Below, piece by piece: positions 53,136 to 64,000 of a stretch of 64,000 nucleotides of DNA; the stretch's first letter is position 1, and the number at the start of each line of letters is the position of its first letter. The notes under the pieces were generated by a model that made no database searches, had not been told where the DNA came from, and saw only the letters and a program-made list of their open reading frames with translations. This stretch comes from Eledone cirrhosa. Lineage: Eukaryota. The translations under genes and the position numbers were made by a program. The DNA lies in assembly GCA_964016885.1 (NCBI GenBank), contig OZ024759.1, positions 27,404,001 to 27,468,000 of the forward strand. The letters are read 5' to 3'.

Positions 53136-53748
53136 CTTCAAGAAAAAATATAATTATATATTAGATTTTATGCATTTGTAACATCAAGAGAAAATAGAAT
53201 TACAGTAGTCCCCCGGTATTTGTGGGGGTTATATTCCTAGAGCACCCGCGAAGAGTGAAAAAATGCAAATTCTTTTTTATTTATTTATTTATTTATTGTT
53301 GTCTCTGTTTGCGCATGCGTTTGTGTGTATGTATTCTGTTTGGTGTGCATTTGTGTTTGAGACTGTGTGTGTTTATGTGTTTATATTCCGCCTTTGGTCA
53401 CAATATTAGGACAATATGACCCTCCCCAAATATAACAATATCTGTTTCAACACACAATTTCATTTAAACCTATTTATTGCAATAAATAGCATTTAAACCG
53501 GCTATGTCTGGCTAGAATTCTCTCACCTCTTTCTGTTTAAACCAACTGTAACCAGCTGCTCATACTGACGTTAAGGTATTGTTATCAAAATAAATAATAT
53601 CAAAATCTCATAGATTAGATACTATGTGTGATATTAAAGCCTTTACTGTGAAAATACAATAGTATATATAGAGTAATGTAAATGCTAAATGGTTAAATCT
53701 AGAAATTTAAGATGTATGAATAAAAAACAAACAAATGAATGACAATAC

Positions 53749-53825
53749 CAATAATGGGATTTGGCTTTCTTGTTTAACGAGCGCTGGAGAGATAAGATTT
53801 GCAACCATAATGCCAAGAGGATTTG
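53749..53825 (-). CDS. SLC49A3: SLC49A3-like exon 4
   Basis: ttttcag|(A)NPLGIMVANLISPALVKQESQIPLL|GTATT; 77 nt, phase 1/0. Confidence 0.92.
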
Positions 53826-54960
53826 CTGAAAATAGAAAGTGTTCAACGTTTAGTTTTGGGTATATTTCATGAACTAAACTATAAATAACAAAGATTTTGG
53901 AAGAACCAACTAGAAATAATTTTGGGATCAGAGAGACAAACAGACAAACTAACAGATAGGTACAAAGAGTGAGAGTATGTGTGTGTGTGTGTCAGAGTGT
54001 CAGTGACTGATAAAAAGTAAGAAAGAAAGAGACATAATAACGGTTTCTGATTTAGGTACAAGGCCAGCAATTTTGGGGCGAGGGGAAAGTCGATTAAATC
54101 GACCCCAGTGCATTACTGGTTCTTTTTTTTTCCGACCCTGTAAGGATGAAAGGCAAAGCTAACCTCAGTGTGATTTAAACTCAGAACATAAAGTGCTGTA
54201 ACTCAATGCCACAAAGCATGTTGTCTGACACTTTACCGATACTGCCAATCCATTTGTGTACAGTGCTCAGGTGCACTACAACTCATCAAAGGTGCATGTA
54301 TTGTACATCAGGTGTAGTGTTGGCGAATTTCGGGAAGTTTTGAAGGATGCAGTGTCCCGACAGCTAAAAACTGATGCAGGTAGTTTGTTCCATGCTTCAG
54401 CAACTTTGAGCATGAAAAAATGCTTCTAAAAGGCATGGGAGCTATACTGTTTTCTGATTTTGTAAGCATGTCCAAGGGTGTTAGACACATGGAATTCAAA
54501 AAGGTGCCCAAAGTTGTTGTTGGAAAGATGGTTAATAATCTTGTGGGTGTCTACCAAGTCTGTTACCAGGCGTTGGAGCTTTAATGTATCCATGCCCAGG
54601 GAAGCAAGGCGTTCATAGAGGAAGAATCGACCCCCAGTACTGGAATGGTACTTCTTTGTTTTTTACCTCGAATGGATGAAAGACAAAGTTGACCTTGGTG
54701 GGATTTGAACTCAGAGAGCAGACAGCCAGAACAAATACCATAAAGCATTCTATCCGATGTTCTCACGACCCTGCCAATTTACCGCCATATATATTTATCT
54801 ATATATAAAGTTCAGCGATTCTGTCACAACACGTAAAGAAAGAAGAGTAGTTTGACTACCTCATACTACTCCCGTCTCTTTACGTCTGCTGCCTGCATGA
54901 ATGTATGTCTATATAAAAGGAAGAGGAAGTGTGTTTGTGTTTGCACATTTATATTTATAT

Positions 54961-55265
54961 CATCATCATCATCCAGCGGCCTCAGCTGAAATGGACTCAA
55001 CAATTGATCTCCACGTGGGTCTGTCGTTCATTGCCGTTGCCAAGTCCTGGATTTCAATACCAGAATCTCTGGAGATGACATCGAGATAGGAGAGCTTGTG
55101 CATTCAGAACATAAGCTGGCGACATCTGACTTTGAGAGAGATATATGCCGGCCTCCCACGCATATCTGCTGTTGTACGTAAAAGGAGAGTAAGATTTGCT
55201 AGCCACTGCCATCGTGCCACCTATGAGGCTGTGTCCCCATTAGGGCTTTGGAAACCACAAGCAGT
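54961..55265 (-). mobile_element. RTE-X-like LINE 3' end with an inverted upstream segment
   Basis: Minus: SYLDVISRDSG...AMNDRPTWRSIV plus (GAT)n; plus: NISWRHLTLREIYAGLPRIS..VRKRRVRFASHC. Confidence 0.75.
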
Positions 55266-55596
55266 CACTAATATTTATATATTCATACATATAAATGTAT
55301 GCACACACACATATACACATATGCGTCAGCATATGGAAAAAATTCTAGTACATATATAAATAAAAACAAAAAAATAATTGTTTCTACTTTAGGCACAATT
55401 ACCCAGTACATTACTGGTACTTTATTTTATCGACCCCGTAAGGATGAAAGGCAAAGTTAACATCGGCGGGATTTGAACTCAGACGGTAAAGGGACGTAAC
55501 TATGCTGGAAAGCATGGCGTCCGACCCTCTACCGATACTGCCAATTCACCGCCCTACAAACAAAAAAATAATGAAAGAGAAAAAGGCTAACATTAC

Positions 55597-55810
55597 CCAT
55601 AGAAGCCAGCATATTGGCTGTGGCTCTTTGGTTATCCTTAAACCAAAGTGCGGCCATCTTTGTAGGAGATATCAAGATAAATGGCTGAGCACATGCTGCT
55701 AACGATTGACCAGTGATTAGTATTGGGAAACGGCAATTTGCTGGTATGTTCAGGCAACTGACCACTCTTAAAATAGAACCGATGCAGTTTAGCCAAGCAG
55801 AAAGAGTTAT
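55597..55810 (-). CDS. SLC49A3: SLC49A3-like exon 3
   Basis: ccag|ITLSAWLNCIGSILR...GQSLAACAQPFILISPTKMAALWFKDNQRATANMLASM G|GTAAT; 214 nt. Confidence 0.93.
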
Positions 55811-56106
55811 CTGGGGTGGAAAAAAAAAAAAAAAAAAAAAAATGAATAAATATAACAAAACAAATATCAACATTTAATGTCTTCTTTTCCTGCAAGCAAT
55901 GGTCGGATATACACATATACACATATGTACATATGTACTACACACACATATTCTTCACCTCATACACACAGAAACTCACAGGCACCACCACACACACATA
56001 AATAGACTCACCGCTCCACACACACACACACATAGACTCACTCCCCACCCCACCCCATACCTCACCTTACACACACACACATACACAGACACATACATCA
56101 TCATCA

Positions 56107-56375
56107 TTCAGAGAAGTTGCAGCTCTACCTGGAATAACTCCAATGATTCTTTCCTCAGACATTCTAACCCCCATCTCCCTAATATCAGAACTGTTATCTC
56201 TCAATTCAGAGAAGTAGCAGCTCTAACTGGAGTGACTCCAGTGATTCTTTCCTGAGACATTTTAACTGCATGCCCATAGTATCAGAACTGTTATCTCTCA
56301 ATTCAGAGAAGTAATAGCTCTAACGGTAGTGACTCCAGTGATTCTTTCCTGAGACATTTTAACCGCATGCCTATA
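56107..56375. repeat. ~97-bp tandem repeat, 3 copies
   Basis: TTCAGAGAAGTrGCAGCTCTA...GATTCTTTCCT.AGACATT. Confidence 0.85.
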
Positions 56376-56443
56376 GTATCGGTCACCACAACAAAGAAAC
56401 AAATGGTAAAGATATACAATACTATATTACAGTGGGTACTCAC

Positions 56444-56602
56444 ACTAGCTCTGAGACCAACGGTATCCAGAAGCCATGTTGCTCCAACACCAAACGGTAT
56501 TGTAGCAATAAGAAAGACTAATGATAACCAATTCACTTGTGACGTCGTAATATCAAAGTACTGTGTGGTCACATCAGCAACTGGAGAAAAGGTTATCCAT
56601 AT
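56444..56602 (-). CDS. SLC49A3: SLC49A3-like exon 2
   Basis: ttctag|IWITFSPVADVTTQYF...VNWLSLVFL...WLLDTVGLRAS|GTGAG; 159 nt. Confidence 0.92.
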
Positions 56603-57169
56603 CTAGAAATAGAAAAAATATATAAAATGTTTTTTTATATACACAGCAATAATGGTTTCTGATATAGGCACAAGACAAACAATTTTTTGGGAAGGGGAAT
56701 GTCGATTAAAACAACCCCAGTGCATTACTGGTACTTTATTTTAGCGAACCCATAATAATGAAAAGGAAAGCTAAACTCAACAATGTTTTCCTAAATAATG
56801 GTTTCTTGTTTAGGGACAAGACCAACAATTTTAAGGGGAGGGGGAAAATGTTGGTGCCATGATAAAAAGCACCCATGATAAAAAGTGGTAGATAAATTTT
56901 ATCTGGTTTATCAAAACAGAAATATCTTTAGAAGAAAGATGACATCAGCAACAAAAGAAATTACTATTTAAGCTGTGTATTCACAGCACAGGTATGAAGA
57001 TATATATATATATATATATATATATGTTTATCCTGGGTTCAATCGGGGGTAACCACAGTAAGCAAGGTACTCAATACATAGCAGAGTATGAATATTTAAT
57101 ATAGAAATGACTTCTACAGGGCTAGAACTGTTTCATTCAGGAGAAATATATATATAAGCACCAGTCTAT

Positions 57170-58226
57170 GCTGTCTTAGCCATGCTATTACCCAGCTTTA
57201 CCAATGTGTCAATGTGCCAGGAGATGCTCCTGGTGAAGGTGCTTGGTTGTTCTAGTGTCTTAGCCATGCTATCACCCAGCCTTACCAATGTGTCAATGTG
57301 CCAGATGCTCCTGATGAAGGTGCTTGGTTGTTCTAGTATCTTAGCCACGCTATCACCCAGCCTTACCAATGTGTCAGGAGATGCTCCTGGTGAAGGTGTG
57401 CTTGGTTGTTCCAGTGTCTTAGCCACGCTATCACCCAGCCTTACCAATGTGTCAGGAGATGCTCCTGGTGAAGGTGTGCTTGGTTGTTCTAGTGTCTTAG
57501 CCACGCTATCACCCAGCCTTACCAATGTGTCAAGAGATGCTCCAGGTGAAGGTGTGCTTGGTTGTTCTAGTGTCTTAGCCACGCTATCACCCAGCCTTAC
57601 CAATGTGTCAGGAGATGCTCCAGGTGAAGGTGTGCTTGGTTGTTCCAGTGTCTTAGCCACGCTATCATCCAGCCATACCAATGTGTCAGGAGATGCTCCA
57701 GGTGAAGGTGTGCTTGGTTGTTCCAGTGTCTTAGCCACGCTATCACCCAGCCTTACCAATGTGTCAATGTGCCAGATGCTCCTGATGAAGGTGCTTGGAT
57801 GTTCTAGTATCTTAGTCACGCTATCACCCAGCCTTACCAATGTGCCAGGAGATGCTCCTGGTGAAGGTGCTTGGTTGTTCTAGTGTCTTAGCCACGCTAT
57901 CACCCAGCCTTACCAATGTGCCAGGAGATGCTCCTGGTGAAGGTGCTTGGTTGTTCTAGTGTCTTAGCCATGCTATCACCCAGCCTTACCAATGTGTCAA
58001 TGTGCCAGATGCTCCTGATGAAGGTGCTTGGTTGTTCTAGTATCTTAGCCACGCTATCACCCAGCCTTACCAATGTGTCAATGTGCCAGGAGATGCTCCT
58101 GGTGAAGGTGCTTGGTTGTTCTAGTGTCTTAGTCTTGCTATCATCCAGCCTTACCAATGTGTCAGGAGATGCTCCAGGTGAAGGTGCTTGGTTGTTCCAG
58201 TGTCTTAGTCTTGCTATCATCCAGCC
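57170..58226. repeat. ~78-bp minisatellite, about 13 copies
   Basis: GTCTTAGCCACGCTATCACCCAGCCTTACCAATGTGTCAGGAGATGCTCC...; a second cluster at 59349-59815. Confidence 0.95.
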
Positions 58227-60173
58227 ATATATATATATATATATATATGGAGATACATATATATTTATCAGTTTCTCTGTGACATTGACTCACCAATCAA
58301 TTGTGTGTGTGCGTATTGTTACACACACACAGAAGCTTGACCGTCGGTCGAAACGAATTGGATATGGGTTGTTTGTGTTTGTGAAGTATCAAATTGTATA
58401 GTGGTAGGTGGGGTGGCTGGGGTAGGAGAGGATAGTGAGTAGGTGGGGGTGGCTGGGGTAGGAGAGTAGAGTGAGTAGGTGTGGGTGGGGTGCGCAATTA
58501 TTGGGTTAAAAAAACAAGGTTGAGGGCCACCACTATTCTAGATATTAGAATAGAACTCGGTTATGGCTACAAAACAAGAGGTGGGGAAGAAGCGGAAGTG
58601 GGAGAGAACGACCCTGCTACCCCACCGCATCACCCCCCCCCCCCCCATAGAAAGAGCTTCCACAGATAAAGATACATAGAATTATGAACTTGGTACTTTT
58701 ATAAATTTTATTGTTGGCAGGTAATTAATTTGGGTGTTATTATTATTATTATTCTAAACTTTGATCTTTCACCTTTGACTTCATTAACAGTAATTACTAG
58801 CCAAGTGGCAGCAGTTTACATACACAATAATAATAATTGTTTCTACTTTTGGCACAAGGCCAGCAATTACCCAGTGCATTACTGGTACTTTATTTTATCG
58901 ATCCCATAAGGATGAAAGGTAAAGTTAACCTCGGCGGGATTTGAACTCAGAATGGCAAGGGCCGTAACTCTATGCATCAAAGCATGGTGTCCGACCCTCT
59001 ACCGATACTGCCAATAATAATAATAATAATAATGGTTTCTTATATAGGCACAAGACCAGCAATTTTGGTGGAGGGGAAAGTCAATTAAATCAACCCCAGT
59101 GAGTGACTGGTACTTTATTTCATCAACCCCGTAAGGATGAAAATAAGAACATGAAGGGGCTCTCGTTGACATATTGGTAACGACAATAAAATATTGATTT
59201 GGAATTATAATAAACATGAAATACCAGTAATTATTGACAAACTATTTTTTTTTACTATTCAGTCTGTGGTGTTCTAGACTTTGTGGGTAGCTGGGTCGCT
59301 GACAACAAAGTTCTTTTCATTGTTGGCAGCTCATCTTACCAAGGTTATCAGGTGAAGGCGCTTGGTTGTGCCAGTGTTTTAGCCATGCTATCACCCAACC
59401 ATACCAATGTGTCAGGAGATGCTCCTGGTGAAGGTGCTTGGTTGTTCCAGTGTCTTAGCCATGCTATCACCCAGCCTTACCAATGTGTCAATGTGCCAGG
59501 AGATGCTCCTGGTGAAGGTGCTTGGTTGTTCTAGTGTCTTAGCCATGCTATCACCCAGCCTTACCAATGTGTCAATGTGCTAGGAAATGCTCCTAGTGAA
59601 GGTGCTTGGTTGTTCTAGTTTCTTAGCCATGCTATCACCCAGCCTTACCAATGTGTCAATGTGCCAGATGCTCCTGATGAAGGTGCTTGGATGTTCTAGT
59701 ATCTTAGCCACGTTATCACCCAGCCTTACCAATGTCAGATGCTCCAAGTGAAAGTGTGCTTGGTTGTTCCAGTGTCTTAGTCTTGCTATCACCCAGCCTT
59801 ACCAAAGTGTCAGGTGACACACACGTCATGGTGTCATGGAATAAACCCACTTGATACCAACAAGTCACCTACAACTGCCTATTCGTCGTGGTCCCTCGTC
59901 ATCTCCTCTGTCACATGTAGGAAATGGAAGTGGCATTCAGCCATTAAAAACCATGCCAAAGTATGGGGTGGAAAGGGCCCCTGAGTCCAGTAAGACAACC
60001 TCTCTAATGCTGGTGGCACGAATAAAAGCACCCAGTCCATGCTGTAAAGTGGTGTTGGTGGTAGGAAGAGCATCCAAACAGTATATTAATGCCAAAATTT
60101 AGGAGCACAACATACAAATACAATATATATCGAGTACTCTGGTTCCTTACCACACTTCCTTTGTTTTATATCT

Positions 60174-60551
60174 TCTATATATATAAAAGCGAGGATGTGT
60201 GTGTGTCTGTGCACAACTTTGAATACCTAAGGCTTTTACAATTACCAACCGAATTTGACCAAATTTCTTGTGCACGTTGCACAGGTCGCTAAGATGGTCA
60301 CATCACAAACATTTTTCAAATCGACCCACGTTGAGCAATAAAAAATCGATATCAAAATTATCGGTAACAAAATTGATGTAAGGGAGATAACCAACTTTAT
60401 TGACAATCCTTATAAAAAAGGGAGATAACCAAGTTTATTGACAAATATAAACATCAGATTCATTCGAAGATAAATCACTAATATTATCGTTTGTTTCTTG
60501 TTTATTCTTTGTTGCATTTCAAACCCCGGGCAACGCCGGGTAAATCTGCTA

Positions 60552-60552
<1 letters not shown>
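60174..60552 (+). mobile_element. Non-autonomous Helitron
   Basis: 5' TCTATATATATAAAAG; subterminal GC hairpin CCCGGGCAACGCCGGG; 3' CTAG|T. Confidence 0.8.
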
Positions 60553-60597
<45 letters not shown>

Positions 60598-61315
60598 AAA
60601 ATTAAGGCATGTGCCATATCACCCGTAAAATAAGCTCCAAGATTCTAATGAATAGGTCCGAGCATTTTATAATAACTAGAAATTGATTAACATATGAAAC
60701 AATCACAGGGGATAATATTTACAAGTGTGTAAGCACACATAGGTAGGTAACTTTGATGAGTTGTAGTGCACCTGAGCACTGTACACAATCATTTCATTAT
60801 TACTATAGCAACCGCCTTCCTAGATAAATAACTATTCAGTGTTTAGGAAATAGATTGATTTGATAAAGCAGTCAGATAATATTTCATTTGTCCTGTTAGT
60901 TCCAGTATCTATTTTTTACATACCTACTTTTGTTTTTATATGAAAGTGGTGAGGTGAAGGTGATGGTGGTTTGGTTGATAAAATATTTTCAGCTGATCAC
61001 ATAGCTTATGTTACAGTTTTGGAATTGAAGTGTATGTGTGTGTGTGGGGGGGGGGGGTCCCTTGACGTTTGTGGTATGTGATCGATTAACGCATTTGGTG
61101 GTTAATCAATGGAGGGGGGTGGGTCTCTCTCTCTCGCTTTGATCACATATTTTTGTATATTATATTTATAAGGTTCCTATAATAATTAATTATATTTATT
61201 ATAAGCGTCTATAATTATTATAAGCGTCTATAATTGTATTTATTATAAGCGTCTATATATTACTCTGTAAGAAGTATTCATTAAGGGGGATAAAAAAAAA
61301 ACCCTTTGGCCAAAA

Positions 61316-61480
61316 ATGACCATGGGATTTGCACAAGGCACAAGTCCGGGCAAGGTTGTTTGTGGAAGACCAGCAGTCACCATTGCATACCAGTCTCCCC
61401 TCTACATGCCATCGATGTTGTCCAAGGCCGACACAGATTTGTGAGTGGAATTTGGTAAATAGTGACAGCGCTGAAGCACT
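61316..61480 (+). mobile_element. Old SINE central domain (Deu/Nin-like, tentative)
   Basis: GGAAGACCAGCAGTC..TGCATACCAG.CTCCCCTCTAC..GCCA.CGATGTTGTCCAAGG. Confidence 0.5.
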
Positions 61481-62053
61481 TTCTTTGTATATTGGCGAAG
61501 GATATAAACATCACCGAGTAACCGGTGATTTATGAACAAAGTCTCTTGTCATATATTATTTTGCGTCGAGTTACATGGATACTCCAATGTCGCTTTCGTC
61601 GTCAGAAATACAATGTACCGAGACGAGTGTATTGGAATTCTCGGGCAATATAGAGTTAGGAAACTCCCAGGAGAGCTGGACAGCAGAAGATCTTCATAGG
61701 AGACCCCCACACACACAGCAGAAAATCTTCATAGAAGACCACCCCCTCCCTCCTCCAAAAAAACCCTCTCATGTTAGTGTTTCAGCCCTTACAACTAAAC
61801 ACTAACAAAAGACAGCAATATAAACCTTACAACCAAACACTAACATACGACGACAGTACATAGCTATAACAACCGTGGAATCATGGCTTACGACAAAGTA
61901 CGACCCCCCCTCTATAAAGACCCACTAAATGAGGGTTAAATAAATATAAATAATAGATCTGTCTACGACAGATATTCTTTAAAGTGTTATCAATAAGGAA
62001 TCAATCGATGTGTCAATATTATAAAGAAGAGAGATGGTTTTAAATGTACATCC

Positions 62054-62107
<54 letters not shown>

Positions 62108-63381
62108 ACTTAATTACATAAATATTCCATATTAAAGTATAAATTCAAAACGAAAGAAAACATTATAATTATGAAATCTTAATAAATATAATTATTTCTT
62201 TATAAACAATATAATACACCAAAAAATATACAATCAAAGCAAGAAAAAAACCTAATTAATTCTACAGTAAGTGTATCGATTTGTCACACACGACATGGGG
62301 GTGTCGGAACCTCCCTTTAAATATTGTATAAAGTTAGACTGTACACATGCAAACGTGTCTTGTGAAAGTTGGAATAAAAATAAACTATATCTACAAATAG
62401 AATTATTTCCAGGTTGCTGCTAGAATTACACGATCGATCGGGTTTATTAAAATATATTTCCATGCCTAATCAAATAGTTTCTTTTCTTTAAACACCACTT
62501 GACTGAAATGTCAATAAACAAAGGAAAATGAAATTACAGAAATATATTTATGGATGTATCCGCATTCAATGTTCAATCGGAGGTAACCACAGTAAGTAAG
62601 GTACTCAATACATAGAGTATAAATATTGAATATAGAAATGGCTTTTACAGGACTAGAACTGTTTCATTCGAAGGAAATCATCAGTATAATTCAAGTAAAA
62701 AAGATATATGTATATATATAGAGAGAGAAAGGACCATATCTCCGTGAGAAAACACAATATATTGTATATATTTCAAAGAAAAACATGTATTTTAGATGGA
62801 ATCAAAAAAGTTTCCTCTAGCGCTATTGAGCTGGTTGATTGAGAAGCACAGCGATCAAACATATTTGTTATGTTTTGATTATATATATATAAATATAAAT
62901 ATATATATATAAACCAACGATTTCGTTTGGTCCGGGCTAAATTGTTTAATACTCGCACATAATCCCGAACTTGCCAATAATAACTAGATGAGTGCGCTTT
63001 GAATCACGGACTGGCACTTCGGAAATGCAAGTCCTGTGAAATCATCGAGCGAATTGTAAGATTTAACGTACTAGCAAAAAATCAGTTTGTCTAGTTCGAT
63101 ACATTTTATATATATATATAAACAAAGAATGTGTGGTAAGATACCAGGTCGACCTTAGCGCACCACAGTGATCGATACTTAGGGTAGTAGAGTGGGTAAC
63201 AGGAAAAGAATGAGGACCCCGACGGTTGAGCTCCGGCCGTTTCGACAGCTAGATCCGATCTCAGTCCGAAACGGGCGAAGCTCAGCCGTCGGGGTCCTGA
63301 CTTTTATTTTATATACATATATATATATATATATACGTTGGGTGTTGAAATACAGGTAAAATAAATAAAATATTTACTAAC

Positions 63382-63513
63382 CACAGCATTAGAGAAATTA
63401 ATAACAGCAATGACTGACAGCATATACCATCGCCGCTTGTAAACTTTGTACTTGTCCATCGTAGGAATGATCACGTCTGTTGATATGACATTGCACGAGT
63501 TTGAATCAGCCAT
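63382..63513 (-). CDS. SLC49A3: SLC49A3/MFSD7-like MFS transporter exon 1
   Basis: MADSNSC...YKVYKRRWYMLSVIAVINFSNAV|GTTAG; the YKVYKRRW motif is typical of the FLVCR/SLC49 family; 132 nt. Confidence 0.88.
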
Positions 63514-63866
63514 TTTGGCAAGTCACATGACGGTACTTAGAGTACACCGCTGAGTGTATGGGTTGGGGGGTCGAGTGGGTGTGTACGCTGTTAGATTAAC
63601 CATTCTGCTTAAACACAGAGATCCGTTGGCCGGGGGTGCCCATCTTCCTGCCAACAAATTGTTTTTACCTCCTTCAGGGCTTCTTAAGTTAACTAGCACA
63701 GGGCCGCATTTCTCCGAAATCTGATACTGGGTGTAGTGTGTGTACTGAGGCGTAACTAGCGAAAATTGTGCCTCTGGCAAGCTGTGAAATTGAGCCCCCA
63801 CCCAATGAAATTGTGACCCTGGTCATCTAATTTCCAGCCCTATGGAGGCCTAATAATTCATATATA

Positions 63867-63930
63867 CAGGGTGGGCCAAAAGTCACTTCTTATTTTTTAA
63901 AATTCATAATCTTTTTTTATTATTAAAATA
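63867..63930 (+). mobile_element. Tc1/mariner TIR-like end
   Basis: TA-CAGGGTGGGCCAAAAGTCAC. Confidence 0.45.
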
Positions 63931-64000
63931 TGATAGTGTTGTTGTTGTTGATGGTGGTGGTGGAGGGAAGCTTAGTATATCGAACACCAATATTTAACTG

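Overview
AT-rich, microsatellite-saturated eukaryotic DNA. The repeat landscape suggests a coleoid cephalopod, probably an octopod (inference). There are two spliced minus-strand genes, and every exon junction was checked by hand for GT-AG and phase. The first is a TEX2-like gene (TM-PH-SMP lipid-transfer protein, ~1017 aa, coding 15536->5775 or 1893). It has two tandem-duplicated, paralogous 114-nt terminal exons, one of which ends in a PDZ-type motif (GTEV*). The second is an SLC49A3/MFSD7-like MFS transporter (10 exons, 484 aa, 63513->46912). Introns and intergenic DNA hold tRNA-derived SINEs, a ~200-bp TTAA piggyBac-type MITE (~14 copies), RTE/CR1/R4-like/CRE LINE fragments, Tc1/mariner, hAT and Helitron remnants, and minisatellites. 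The most striking non-genic signal is a set of small fold-back elements inserted in (TA)n tracts that carry hammerhead-ribozyme cores. The best is a 314-bp circularly permuted unit with a complete minimal type I hammerhead (12801-12889), resembling a retrozyme or a Penelope-type terminal repeat. Nearly all long Y/I/M/C-rich ORFs in the supplied track are microsatellite artefacts.
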